Shown: one piece after another, positions 20,918 to 31,020 of the stretch
Layout of the letters: the number at the start of each line of letters is the position of its first letter
Position numbering within the stretch: position 1 is the first letter of the stretch
Assembly (NCBI GenBank): GCA_963729555.1
Contig: CAVSOH010000010.1
Coordinates: forward strand, 1,860-65,859
From: an uncultured Acidobacteriaceae bacterium
Lineage (GTDB): Bacteria > Acidobacteriota > Terriglobia > Terriglobales > Acidobacteriaceae
Length of the DNA stretch: 64,000 nucleotides
Direction: 5' to 3'
Notes under the pieces: generated by a model
What the model saw: the letters and a program-made list of their open reading frames with translations, nothing else
What the model was told of the DNA's origin: nothing
Database searches by the model: none
Made by a program: the position numbers and the translations under genes

Positions 20918-21190
20918 ACATACGATCTGAATGCTGAATATTGAGCAAAGGATCTTTTCATGAGTGTAGATGAGCCCGTTCCGCGGACGACTTACCATGA
21001 CGAAACGGCGTTGTCCACTGCAACCTTTGTTGTATCGTCTCGTCAAAACACAGATCAATAAAATAGGGAAACTTCCACGGTGATCGTGTGTTTCAACGTG
21101 GGGTAGGCTGAATGATGGCTTGTTCAGTAGGTTCCAAATTTTGAGGCAGCGCTTCCTTTAAGCGTGTTGCCGTATCCCAGGGGTAGATGT

Positions 21191-22111
21191 ATGAAAGTCA
21201 CGAATTTTGTCCGTAAGTCACTCGTAGCAGCGGCTTTGATGCTCGTTCCGGCAGCATCTTTTGCAGGAGTTCTTATCTCCGTCAACATTGCACCGCCCGC
21301 GTTGCCTGTTTACACACAGCCGCTCTGCCCCGGCGATGGATACATGTGGACACCTGGCTATTGGGCCTATGGACCGGAAGGTTACTACTGGGTTCCCGGC
21401 GTATGGGTCCAGCCTCCTACCGTTGGCATGCTCTGGACGCCCGGTTACTGGGGCTGGACCAACGGAGCGTACCTCTTCCACGCTGGCTACTGGGGCCCGC
21501 ACATCGGCTTCTACGGCGGCGTGAACTACGGCTTCGGCTACGGCGGCGTCGGCTTTGAGGGCGGCTACTGGAACCACGGAGTCTTCGCCTACAACCGCGC
21601 GGTGACCAACGTCAACATCGTCAACGTCCACAACGTCTACTCCAGGACCGTTGTGGTGAATAACACCTACAGCCGCGTCAGCTTCAACGGCGGCAACGGC
21701 GGCATCCGTGCAATGCCAACAGCACAGGAACGCATTGCCGTGAATGAGCAGCACTTCCAGCCCACGGTGAACCAGGTCAGCCATGAGCAGGCGATGCGGG
21801 CTGATCGCGGACAGCTCGCCTCGGTCAACGGTGGCCGGCCGAACACCATGGCCATGGGAACCGTGAATGAGCGTCGCGCGAATCAGCAGCAGCGTATCGC
21901 TAACGGCATCGGCAGTGGACAGATGACCGCCGGTGAGGCCGCGCGTTCGGAGAACCGTCAGGCGCAAATCAACCAGCAGGTGCACGCCGATCGCGCAGCC
22001 AATGGCGGCCAGCTGACCCAGCAGGAACACCAGCAGGTCAACCACGAGCAGAACAAGGCCAGCAAGCAGATCTACAACGAGAAACACAACGACGAAAAGG
22101 CTCCCCGCTAG
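21191..22111 (+). CDS. YXWGXW repeat-containing secreted protein
   Basis: Signal peptide; WTPGYWAY, WVPGVWV, WTPGYWGW, HAGYWG repeats; Q/R/N-rich tail. Confidence 0.88.
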   Translation: MKVTNFVRKSLVAAALMLVPAASFAGVLISVNIAPPALPVYTQPLCPGDGYMWTPGYWAYGPEGYYWVPGVWVQPPTVGMLWTPGYWGWTNGAYLFHAGYWGPHIGFYGGVNYGFGYGGVGFEGGYWNHGVFAYNRAVTNVNIVNVHNVYSRTVVVNNTYSRVSFNGGNGGIRAMPTAQERIAVNEQHFQPTVNQVSHEQAMRADRGQLASVNGGRPNTMAMGTVNERRANQQQRIANGIGSGQMTAGEAARSENRQAQINQQVHADRAANGGQLTQQEHQQVNHEQNKASKQIYNEKHNDEKAPR

Positions 22112-22153
22112 AACAGAATCACCAGGGATCAAGCCTTGACCGAGTAAACAACC

Positions 22154-22192
22154 GAAGCGGCCTGCGCAGTTCATGCGGGCCGCTTCCCTTTT
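22154..22192 (+). terminator. Intrinsic terminator
   Basis: GAAGCGGCCTGC...GCGGGCCGCTTC followed by CCTTTT. Confidence 0.7.
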
Positions 22193-22213
22193 GCGCAGCC
22201 TAAAATAGCCACA

Positions 22214-22969
22214 GTGGAGTCCGGTCCACAACTCGACCGCATCTCGATCGTGCTGGTGCGCGCCCGCAATCCCAGCAACATCGGCGCGGCGGCCCGGGCC
22301 ATGCACGACTTCGGCTTCCGCCATCTGCGCGTGGTCAACGACTACGCCGTCCCCTTCGAGACCGCACGCTCCGCCGTCGATGCCTCCGCCATCCTCGCAG
22401 AGGCGAAGACCTTCGCCACCGTCGCCGAAGCCGTCGCCGACTGCACCCTCGTTATAGGAACGACTGCAGTAGGCGAGCGAGCCCTCCAGCATCCCCTGCA
22501 CGCTCTCCCTGAAGCCGCCACCGCGATCCACGCCGAACTCACGCGCGAAAATGGCCGTGTAGCGCTGCTCTTCGGCTCCGAGAAGACCGGCCTCAGCAAC
22601 GACGAACTCAGCCACTGCCACTGGCTCCTCACCATCCCCATGCAGCAGCACGAGGAGGTTCGCCACCCCTCGATGAACCTCGGACAAGCGGTAGCCGTAT
22701 GCCTTTACGAGCTGGTACGGCAGACCGGAGTCCACCTGGGCACCGGCGTCCCCGAGGCGGCCCGTGCAGACGACGGCGAGCGCTTCACCCTCCTGCTCAA
22801 CGAAGTCCTTGACAAGACCGGCTACACGCGCCGTCATCCCTCCAACTGCGACGAAGCACTGATTCGCAGATTGGTTCTGCGCATGGGCCTCGCCGCCAGC
22901 GACATCCCCGTCTGGATGGGGATTCTACGGCAGATTCTTTGGAAGGTGCGAGGTGCGGGTGATCCGTAG
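22214..22969 (+). CDS. trmJ: TrmJ/LasT family SPOUT RNA methyltransferase
   Basis: IVLVRARNPSNIGAAARAMHDFG, ALLFGSEKTGLSNDEL, SMNLGQAVAVCLYE. Confidence 0.85.
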   Translation: MESGPQLDRISIVLVRARNPSNIGAAARAMHDFGFRHLRVVNDYAVPFETARSAVDASAILAEAKTFATVAEAVADCTLVIGTTAVGERALQHPLHALPEAATAIHAELTRENGRVALLFGSEKTGLSNDELSHCHWLLTIPMQQHEEVRHPSMNLGQAVAVCLYELVRQTGVHLGTGVPEAARADDGERFTLLLNEVLDKTGYTRRHPSNCDEALIRRLVLRMGLAASDIPVWMGILRQILWKVRGAGDP

Positions 22970-23096
22970 CCGCGCTACCGAACGCGTCTCGAACTCGTCC
23001 ATTCATTATCGACACAGGGCACCAATCGCCCGAAATGACGGTAGAATTAGCTCCGTCAATCCCCACAATCTAGTTTGCAAAGCGGAGGCTGTAATT

Positions 23097-25541
23097 ATGG
23101 TGTTTCTTGGTAAGGGTCGCTCGACGATAGCGGCGATCGTGATGGCAAGCTGTGTCGCAGCCTCAGCCATGGCAGAGCCTCCAAAGCAGCTCACGACGGA
23201 CGACTACGCACAGGCTGAGAAGTTCATGAACTACAACGTCAACCCGCTGGTCTACCACGGCGTCGACCACCCCACCTGGCTGGCAGACGGCCGCTTCTGG
23301 TATCGCGACCGCGGCCCCGAAGGCGTCACCTTCGTTCTGGTCGATCCCGCGAAGGGAACCAAAGGCCCAGCGTTCGATCACGTCAAACTGGCCAGCGCTC
23401 TTGCCGCTGTCTCCAACGGACGCACAACAGCCGACGCACACCACCTCGGCATCACCGACTTCACGCTCTCTGGCGAGACGGTCATTGCCTCTCTCGGTAG
23501 TCGTCAGTTCCGTTGCGACCTCAGCGGAAAAGGCGTCTGCACTCCCGTCGCCGCGCAACGCAAAACAGAAGGCAGCGCCCCGCCGGCACGTCCAGCCGGA
23601 GGCCGCAACCGCGCCGCATCCGAACTCTCGCCCGACAAAACCAAAGCCGCATTCATCCGCAACTACAACCTCTGGGTACGCGACGTTGCCACCGGTAAAG
23701 AGACGCAACTCACCACCGACGGCGTCAAAGACTACGGCTACGCCACCGACAACGCCGGCTGGCAGCAGAGTGACAGCGCCATCCTGGTCTGGTCACCCGA
23801 CTCGAAGAAGATCGCCACCTTTCAGCAGGACCAGCGCAAGGTCGGCGAGATGTACCTCGTCCCCGTCACGAACGGCCACCCGCAGCTCAAGTCGTGGAAG
23901 TATCCCCTCGTCGGCGACAAGGATGTGACCATGATCGAGCGCGTCATCATCGACGTCGACGCCCCCAAAGTCATTCGCCTCAAGATGCCGCCCGACCAGC
24001 ACCGCTCCACCCTCTGCGACGACATCAGTTGCCGCGGCGGCAGCGGCTGGGACGACGTCCAGTGGAGTTCCGACAGCGCCCATCTCGCCTTCGTCTCCAC
24101 CTCACGCGACCACAAGCAGGAGTGGTTCCGCATCGCCGATGCCTCCACCGGCGACATTCGCGAAGTCATGGGCGAGACTGCGCCCAAGTTCTACGAGAGC
24201 GGCAACAACAAGGTGAACTGGGCCTACCTGCCCAACTCCAACGAGCTCCTCTGGTTCAGCGAGCGCGACAACTGGGGCCAGATGTACCTCTACGACCTCA
24301 CCACCGGCAAGCTCAAGAACCAGATCACTCACGGCGAAGGCAACGTCACACAGGTCCTCTCCGTCGACGAAGCCGCGCGCAAGCTTTACTTCCTCGCCGT
24401 CGGCAAAGAGCCCGGCCGCGATCCCTACTTCTCCCACTACTACAGCGTCAACTTCGACGGCACCGGCCAGAAGCTGCTGACGCCCGAGAACGCCGACCAC
24501 GCCATCACGCCCTCGCCCGACGGCCGCTACTTCGTCGATGTCTACTCGACCCCAACCCAGCCCCAGACCGCAGTTGCCCGCGACACTACCGGCAAAGTCC
24601 TCGTCGATGTCTCCAAACAGGACATCACAAAACTGGTAGCCACCGGCTGGGTACCGCCCACGCCCATTACGGTCAAAGCGCGCGACGGCAAGACCGATCT
24701 CTACGGCTTCCTCTTCAAGCCCACGCACTTCGACGCTTCGAAAAAGTACCCCATCGTCAACAACGTCTATCCCGGCCCGCAGACCGGATCGTGCGGTGCA
24801 CGCAGCTTCAACGCGGCGCATCGTGACATGCAGGCGCTCGCCGAGTTGGGCTTCGTCGTCGTCTGCATCGACGGCATGGGCACGCCCCTCCGTTCCAAGG
24901 CCTTCCACGAGTTCTACTACGGCAACCTTGGCGACAACACCATCCCCGATCAGGTCGCCGGCATGAAGGAGCTCGCCGCGAAGTATCCCTGGATCGACAT
25001 CGATCGCGCCGGCATGTACGGACACTCCGGCGGAGGCAACGCCACAGCCGCGGCCATGTTCAACTATCCCGACTTCTTCAAGGTAGGCATCGCCGAAAGC
25101 GGCAATCACGATCAGCGTGACTACGAGGATGACTGGGCCGAAAAGTGGGCCGGCCTCGACGTCAAGAACCCTGACGGCACCAGCAACTACGACAGCCAGG
25201 CCAACCAGTCCATCGCCAAAAACCTGAAGGGCCACCTACTTCTCGCACACGGTACCATGGACAACAACGTTCCCCCCAACAACACGCTGCTCGTCGTCGA
25301 TGCGTTGATCAAAGCCAACAAGGACTTCGATCTCCTCATGATCCCCAACGTTCAGCATGGATACGCCGAAGCCTCGCAGTACATGGCCCGCCGCCGCTGG
25401 GACTACTTCGTCCGCAACCTCGCCGGCGACATCCCGCCGCACGAGTATCAGATGAAGCCCTACGCCGAAACCCAGGCCGCCATATCCGCGAGCGGCGGCC
25501 CCAGCGACGACGATCAATCTGATCAGGACTACGCGCAGTAA
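23097..25541 (+). CDS. S9 family dipeptidyl peptidase IV-like protein
   Basis: DPP IV N-terminal propeller (WSPDSKKIA); GHSGGG nucleophile elbow; GTMDNNV; NVQHG; SD GGAGG before ATG 23097. Confidence 0.92.
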   Translation: MVFLGKGRSTIAAIVMASCVAASAMAEPPKQLTTDDYAQAEKFMNYNVNPLVYHGVDHPTWLADGRFWYRDRGPEGVTFVLVDPAKGTKGPAFDHVKLASALAAVSNGRTTADAHHLGITDFTLSGETVIASLGSRQFRCDLSGKGVCTPVAAQRKTEGSAPPARPAGGRNRAASELSPDKTKAAFIRNYNLWVRDVATGKETQLTTDGVKDYGYATDNAGWQQSDSAILVWSPDSKKIATFQQDQRKVGEMYLVPVTNGHPQLKSWKYPLVGDKDVTMIERVIIDVDAPKVIRLKMPPDQHRSTLCDDISCRGGSGWDDVQWSSDSAHLAFVSTSRDHKQEWFRIADASTGDIREVMGETAPKFYESGNNKVNWAYLPNSNELLWFSERDNWGQMYLYDLTTGKLKNQITHGEGNVTQVLSVDEAARKLYFLAVGKEPGRDPYFSHYYSVNFDGTGQKLLTPENADHAITPSPDGRYFVDVYSTPTQPQTAVARDTTGKVLVDVSKQDITKLVATGWVPPTPITVKARDGKTDLYGFLFKPTHFDASKKYPIVNNVYPGPQTGSCGARSFNAAHRDMQALAELGFVVVCIDGMGTPLRSKAFHEFYYGNLGDNTIPDQVAGMKELAAKYPWIDIDRAGMYGHSGGGNATAAAMFNYPDFFKVGIAESGNHDQRDYEDDWAEKWAGLDVKNPDGTSNYDSQANQSIAKNLKGHLLLAHGTMDNNVPPNNTLLVVDALIKANKDFDLLMIPNVQHGYAEASQYMARRRWDYFVRNLAGDIPPHEYQMKPYAETQAAISASGGPSDDDQSDQDYAQ

Positions 25542-25563
25542 TCAACAGTAGGAGAGACGAGTC

Positions 25564-25600
25564 GGGCCAGCGAGATGCACTTGCTGGCCCATCGTTCTTT
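25564..25600. terminator. Terminator hairpin between convergent genes
   Basis: GGGCCAGCGA-gatgcac-TTGCTGGCCC followed by ATCGTTCTTT. Confidence 0.6.
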
Positions 25601-25612
25601 TGTCACCTCTAT

Positions 25613-26266
25613 TTACTCAACGATCCTGCCATCAGCACTCGTAGCCGCATTGCGATTGCCAGGTGTGCTCGAAACTGCCCATCCGTTACTCGTGTTGGTC
25701 AATGTCGCCAGTCCCATCTGTGGACCATCCAGATCGGCGCGAATCTGCGGATAAGCATTCTGCGTCTCAGCCGCAGTCGCCCAACCAGGCGCATCGGAGA
25801 AGCTGTAGTGGTAATTGATCTGAGTTGTCGCGCCCACATCACTCGTCGTTGAGGTAGACCTGTCGATACTGTCGACCTTCCGATGCCCGTAGCAGAAGTT
25901 CCCGAACCCAGGCTGTTGCACATCCGCCGTCCACGCCGAACGCCCTTTATCGGAAATATCGTAGTTGTTTACTTGCTTGCTCCCAAGGATCAACTTCCTT
26001 TTCTCGGCAGTAGTTCTCACCAGCAAGCCCTGATCGACAAGCGCATCGTACCCTGATGTCTTACTCGTGTCCGACGTTTCAACCTGTACAGGAAATTTGA
26101 CTGGCTCCGACCATAAGCACGCCGGATTTGCGCTGTAATACGTGTTGATTGCCCTTGTGTAATTCATCGTGTTATCAGATTTCTTGCTACAGCCTGGGAT
26201 AAGCAAAGCAACTGCGCCGCAAACAGCAACGTTACGCAGCGTAGAACAAATGGAGTGGCTATACAT
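25613..26266 (-). CDS. Hypothetical lipoprotein
   Basis: Lipobox-like ALLIPG-C; SD GAGGAG before ATG 26266. Confidence 0.75.
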   Translation of the reverse strand: MYSHSICSTLRNVAVCGAVALLIPGCSKKSDNTMNYTRAINTYYSANPACLWSEPVKFPVQVETSDTSKTSGYDALVDQGLLVRTTAEKRKLILGSKQVNNYDISDKGRSAWTADVQQPGFGNFCYGHRKVDSIDRSTSTTSDVGATTQINYHYSFSDAPGWATAAETQNAYPQIRADLDGPQMGLATLTNTSNGWAVSSTPGNRNAATSADGRIVE

Positions 26267-26349
26267 GGGTTTCTCCTCTTCCACACCGTCGGATGCAGAA
26301 GAGTCAAAAAGCGTCTTACGCGGAATTGGTTGCCTCGACGCCAGAAGAA

Positions 26350-26964
26350 TTACAGCCAGCCCTTTGCCCGCGCAATCCTCGCAGCATCGACACGATTCGC
26401 AGCCCCCAACTTCGCAATCGCCTCAGAAAGGTAGTTCCTCACTGTGCCTTCCGACAGATGCAACTCCGTGGCAATCTCCGTGCTGCTCTTACCATCGCCT
26501 GCTCGTTGCAGAATCTGCCGTTCGCGATCGCTCAACGGATCAGCCTCCGCGCTCCATGCCTCGGCAGCCAGCGCCGGATCGACCACGCGAAGTCCCTGAT
26601 GTACACGTCGAACCGCATCCGCCAACTCGGCGGCCGGCCTATCCTTCAGCAGATACCCGCGCGCACCCGCATCCATCGCACGCCGCAAATATCCAGGCCG
26701 CGCAAACGTCGTCAGAATAATCGTCCGCACCTCAGGATGACTCGTCTTCAACGCAGCCGCCAACTCCAGTCCCGTCATCTTAGGCATCTCAATGTCGGTC
26801 ACAAGAACATCAGGCGAGCAACTAGCCACCGCATCCAGCGCCGCCCGCCCATTGGCAGCGCGAGCGACAACGCATATGTCCGCCTCCAGATCCAGCAACG
26901 CTGCCAGCGCCCCCAGCACCATTCCCTGATCTTCCGCAATCACAACCCGTATCTCAACCATCAT
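26350..26964 (-). CDS. NarL/DesR-like response regulator
   Basis: IAEDQ, VTDIEMP, LTTFARPGYL, LLKD, LuxR HTH LSEGTVRNYLS. Confidence 0.93.
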   Translation of the reverse strand: MMVEIRVVIAEDQGMVLGALAALLDLEADICVVARAANGRAALDAVASCSPDVLVTDIEMPKMTGLELAAALKTSHPEVRTIILTTFARPGYLRRAMDAGARGYLLKDRPAAELADAVRRVHQGLRVVDPALAAEAWSAEADPLSDRERQILQRAGDGKSSTEIATELHLSEGTVRNYLSEAIAKLGAANRVDAARIARAKGWL

Positions 26965-28112
26965 TGCACCATACCAGTAGTCGAAGATGCCCGAACCGGA
27001 AGTTCCACCAGCAACGTAGTTCCATGTTCATTGCTGATGGAGAAGCGCCCACCCAGCGATTGAACTCTCTCTCGCATCCCGCGCAAACCATTGCCCTCCT
27101 GCTTGATCGTGTTAGGACCATCGTCCTCCACCAGCAACGAGTGGTAACGATCCTCCGTCATAGCAAAGCGCATCCTGCACTGGGTCGCATGAGCATGGCG
27201 AACAATATTGGTAACAGCCTCACGCAGCGCCAGGCACAGCACCGTCTCCTCCTCTGCCGTCAGCTTCGGCACCGGCGACTCGCAGGCCAGCGCCACACCC
27301 GCACTCTGCAGCGTATTCCGGGCCATCTCCACCTCAGCCGCGAGCCCCTGCGACCGATACCCTCCAATCGCCTCGCGCACCTCTTTCAGCGCGGTCCTCG
27401 CAGTCTTCTCCACCTCGCCGATCTCCCGCGCCGCACGCTCCGGATCGCGCTCCAACAGTCTTCCCGCCAGCTCCGACTTCAACACGATCACCGATAGCGT
27501 ATGCCCCAGCACATCATGCAGATCACGCGCAATCCGTTCGCGCTCAGCCAGTGCCGCCAACTGCTCAATCTGATCCTGCGCCATTCTCAACTTGTACTGC
27601 GACCGCTTTTGCAGCGCGATGAAGATGTTGCTCGTCCCGACTACAACCGTGAGGAACAAAGGCACGACAACCGTAATCGGATTGAGATGCATCAACAGGC
27701 CTTGAATCGCGATTCCCAAGCACTGCGCCACCATGACCGCGACCACCGTCGGTACAGAAGCCACAGCAAACGGAAGAAACGCCGCGCTATAAACAAAGAA
27801 GGTCGACGCGCCGGAATTGACCGGAATCGAAACTAAGCCCAGTACGTAGAAGGCGCCCACCAGAACATATCGCCACTTCACCGAACGCGTCTCCATGTAG
27901 CCGACGTAGATCGCCAGGAAGATCGCATAGAACGCCACACATATCAGCCAGTACCGCAGCTGGTGGCGCAGAATCGGATCTATAAAGTAGAACACCGAAT
28001 ACGCAAGCCAGATGTAGCCCGTGCCGCCGTGGTTGCCTATATTCGGACTCTCGCACACTAGTTGTTCTTTATCGCTCATGGCTTCCCCGAAAGTGTATCG
28101 CGCATCAGGCAT
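26961..28112 (-). CDS. DesK-like membrane sensor histidine kinase (HisKA_3)
   Basis: About five TM helices; ERERIARDLHDVLGHTLS; EAVTNIVRHA; GNGLRGMRER. Alternative start at 28079. Confidence 0.92.
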   Translation of the reverse strand: MPDARYTFGEAMSDKEQLVCESPNIGNHGGTGYIWLAYSVFYFIDPILRHQLRYWLICVAFYAIFLAIYVGYMETRSVKWRYVLVGAFYVLGLVSIPVNSGASTFFVYSAAFLPFAVASVPTVVAVMVAQCLGIAIQGLLMHLNPITVVVPLFLTVVVGTSNIFIALQKRSQYKLRMAQDQIEQLAALAERERIARDLHDVLGHTLSVIVLKSELAGRLLERDPERAAREIGEVEKTARTALKEVREAIGGYRSQGLAAEVEMARNTLQSAGVALACESPVPKLTAEEETVLCLALREAVTNIVRHAHATQCRMRFAMTEDRYHSLLVEDDGPNTIKQEGNGLRGMRERVQSLGGRFSISNEHGTTLLVELPVRASSTTGMVQ

Positions 28113-28908
28113 TCTGCTGCGCGCGGTTGAAGATCAGCCAACTCGTCCCCAGCATCACCATCGTGAACCCCGCCAGACCAAACCAATGGCTCGCCGCCGA
28201 ACTCTGATTTGCATACCCGAAGACGCCAAGCATCAACTGTGCCAGATGATACGTCGGCAGAGCAGGCGCAATCCGCTGCAGCCAGTGCGGCAGATACTGA
28301 ATCGGCATCCACAGCCCACTCATAAACGACATGGGCAGATAGATCAAATTCACAATGCCCGGCGCAGCATTCGCCGGTACAAGCAGAGCCAGCAGAAAGC
28401 CCATGCTCGCAAACGAAATAGATCCAACGACGCTCAGACCAAACATCTTCACTAACTCAACACCGGTCACGGAAACCCCACCCATCGTGACCGCAAGCAC
28501 CGTCAAGGCCGTAACAATAATCAGCCCAAAGACAATAGCGCCCATGCACTTCGCGAAAAGATAAGCCTGCGGAGGCATAGGGCTGGCGCGCTTCACCTCA
28601 AGCCAACCCGCAGCCCGCTCTCCCGCCAAACCCACCCCAATGCCAAACAGGGCCGCACCGATCAAACCAAAGCACGCATATCCGCCCAACAAATATCGCG
28701 CCATGTGAATTCCATTGCTATTCGTGCCACGATTGCTCACGCCAAACAGCAGATAAAACATGATGGGAAACCCGATAACCGCAAGCGAAAACGAACGGTT
28801 GCGCGCCAGCTTCAGACACTCGTACTTCGTCTCTTTAGCGAATATCCGCAAGCCGCGAGCGAGGCTGCCATCCAAAACTGTTTGATTAGGAAGAGCTGTA
28901 GTCGACAT
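28105..28908 (-). CDS. ABC-2 type transporter permease (YvfS-like)
   Basis: Six TM helices; ERAAGWLEVKRASP; LPMSFMSGLWMP...LPTYH. Confidence 0.88.
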   Translation of the reverse strand: MSTTALPNQTVLDGSLARGLRIFAKETKYECLKLARNRSFSLAVIGFPIMFYLLFGVSNRGTNSNGIHMARYLLGGYACFGLIGAALFGIGVGLAGERAAGWLEVKRASPMPPQAYLFAKCMGAIVFGLIIVTALTVLAVTMGGVSVTGVELVKMFGLSVVGSISFASMGFLLALLVPANAAPGIVNLIYLPMSFMSGLWMPIQYLPHWLQRIAPALPTYHLAQLMLGVFGYANQSSAASHWFGLAGFTMVMLGTSWLIFNRAQQNA

Positions 28909-28983
28909 GATGATTCTCCATGAAGTCCTGGTTGAAAGGGCACGACTTTAGTCGCGCCGTAAATGCTGTCGTTGTCCGCGGCT

Positions 28984-29946
28984 TCAGCCGCTGAGGGAAT
29001 CTCCCCGCGACGAGGTCAATTCAAGGAAGGCATCTTCCAGCGCAGGACTCGCAATCTCAAGATGGCTCAGCGTCTCATCGCGCAATAGCATCTCGCGCAC
29101 CACCGCCTCGGCCTCGACCGTCGTGACGACCGTAATATCGCGATCCTGCACCACGTTGGTCACGCTATCGAGCCCACGCAGAAACTCCGCCGCCAGCCAC
29201 GTACGGCAGCGAATCTTCCGCCCCGCACTCACACTCTTGATCTCGGCAGGCGTACCCTCGCTGACGATCTTCCCCTTGTTGAGCACGACAATCCGATGCG
29301 CCAAAGCATCGGCCTCTTCCAGATAATGCGTCGTCAGCAGCACCGTCTTGCCGCGGTTCGCCAGCGTACGTATCTGCTGCCAAAGACCGCGCCGTGCCTC
29401 AATATCCATCCCCACAGTCGGCTCATCCAGAAACACAAGATCCGGGTCCCCACACAGAGCCAGTCCGAACAACACGCGCTGCTTCTGCCCACCGCTCAAC
29501 GCGCTGAACATCTTTCCTTCAATCCCCTCAAGCTGCGCAATCGTTACCACCTCCGCCATCGAGAGCGGATTCGGGTAATAACTCCGAAACAAATCCAGAT
29601 GCTCACGAACCCGCAGCGTCTCCGGAATCCGCGCGACCTGCAGCATCGCGCCCACTCGCAGCCGTGTCCCCGGCGTCTGCGGATCGCCGCCAAACACCCG
29701 CGCCGTTCCGGTAGTCGGAGCAATCAACCCGAGCAGCAGACGCACCGCCGTCGACTTGCCCGCGCCATTCGGCCCCAGCAGCGCCACGACCTCGCCCGGC
29801 CGCAGCGCAAGGTTCAACCCATCCAGTGCCAGCGTATCGCCATAACGCTTCGTCACGCCGGTCAACGTAGCAACCGCCTGTTGCGGCTGTATCGCCGAAG
29901 CATATCGTTCAAACTCCGTCTCTCGCATCACTGCAGTAGCGGACAT
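28984..29946 (-). CDS. ABC transporter ATP-binding protein (YvfR-like)
   Basis: GPNGAGKS, LSGGQKQR, FLDEPT, TTHYLEEAD. Confidence 0.93.
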   Translation of the reverse strand: MSATAVMRETEFERYASAIQPQQAVATLTGVTKRYGDTLALDGLNLALRPGEVVALLGPNGAGKSTAVRLLLGLIAPTTGTARVFGGDPQTPGTRLRVGAMLQVARIPETLRVREHLDLFRSYYPNPLSMAEVVTIAQLEGIEGKMFSALSGGQKQRVLFGLALCGDPDLVFLDEPTVGMDIEARRGLWQQIRTLANRGKTVLLTTHYLEEADALAHRIVVLNKGKIVSEGTPAEIKSVSAGRKIRCRTWLAAEFLRGLDSVTNVVQDRDITVVTTVEAEAVVREMLLRDETLSHLEIASPALEDAFLELTSSRGDSLSG

Positions 29947-30019
29947 CCCATGCCTCCTGTGTCATCTGCCGACACAAGAGATCATCCTCCCGCTCACCGC
30001 CCTCGCAACAGTGGAGATC

Positions 30020-30046
30020 GTCACGAAACAACATGACAACTGTCAC
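30020..30046. promoter_or_regulatory. Candidate response-regulator operator for the ABC/TCS operon
   Basis: GTCAC-N8-ATGACA-AC-TGTCAC, overlapping inverted repeats between the gluQ stop and the ABC start. Confidence 0.5.
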
Positions 30047-30051
30047 ACGCC

Positions 30052-30873
30052 TCAACCAGGCATCGCCAGCACATCCTCACGGCTAAGCCCCCGCTGCCGC
30101 AGCGTACGAATCGCCAGCGCATCATGCCGCTTCGCCAGCCGCGCGCCATGCTCATCCACCATCAGCCGCGTATGAAAATAATCCACGCCCGGCAACTCCA
30201 GCGCCCGCTGCAGCAACATCTGCCGTGCCGTGGACTTCAACAGATCAGCCCCCCGCACAACCTCAGTAATCCCCATCGCCGCATCATCGACAACACAAGC
30301 CAGCTGATAACTCGGCAGCCCATCCTTACGCCAAACCAGAAAATCCCCAAAGTCCACACCTGCCGTAAAGCTCTGCGCCCCCCCACTTCCATCAACGAAG
30401 CCAACAACCTCGCCATCCGGAACCCGAAACCGATAATTCATCTCCGGCACCAGAACCCGCAATAAAGCCTCACCAGCAGGCCGACACCGCCCGTCATACA
30501 CCGGCTCATCATCCACATCCTCATGCGGAGCGTGCATCATCCGCGCCAGATCCTTCCGGCTGCAACGGCACGGATAAACAAACCCCGCCTCCAGCAACCC
30601 CTCAAACGCCCCCCGATAAAGCCCCACACGCTCTGACTGCGAAACCATCGGAGGTTCCCACGCGATCCCCAGCCACTCAAGATCTTCGATCATTGCCCCG
30701 ACAAACTCACTCTTCGACCGCTGCGGATCAAGATCCTCATTACGAAGCATCAGAGTCCCACGAGCCGCTTCCGCACGAAACTGCGCCACGCGAAACGTGT
30801 TCGCATGCCCCAAATGCAGCAGGCCCGTCGGCGACGGAGCCAGCCTTCCCACATAGCCGTGTTTCGAATTCAT
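30052..30873 (-). CDS. gluQ: Glutamyl-Q tRNA(Asp) synthetase
   Basis: GRLAPSPTGLLHLGH, RNEDLD, YPCRCSRK, SYQLACVVDD, VVRGADL, RLAKR; catalytic domain only (no anticodon-binding domain). Confidence 0.9.
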   Translation of the reverse strand: MNSKHGYVGRLAPSPTGLLHLGHANTFRVAQFRAEAARGTLMLRNEDLDPQRSKSEFVGAMIEDLEWLGIAWEPPMVSQSERVGLYRGAFEGLLEAGFVYPCRCSRKDLARMMHAPHEDVDDEPVYDGRCRPAGEALLRVLVPEMNYRFRVPDGEVVGFVDGSGGAQSFTAGVDFGDFLVWRKDGLPSYQLACVVDDAAMGITEVVRGADLLKSTARQMLLQRALELPGVDYFHTRLMVDEHGARLAKRHDALAIRTLRQRGLSREDVLAMPG

Positions 30874-30922
30874 CCTTCCAGCAGAATAGCTTCTGTCGTC
30901 ATCTACCCCACCAAAAAAGTCT

Positions 30923-30970
30923 GTCATTCTGACCCTGAGCGAAGTGAATGGGGAAGAACCCCCGATTTTG
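30923..30970 (+). repeat. REP-like repeat family A, copy 1
   Basis: GTCATTCTGACCCTGAGCGAAGTGAATGGGGAAGAACCCCCG; near-identical to copies at 39941 and 43936. Confidence 0.85.
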
Positions 30971-31020
30971 CTTGAAGCGCCTCGCAATCTTCCCGAAGCG
31001 TGGCCCAGCAACGTCCACAG

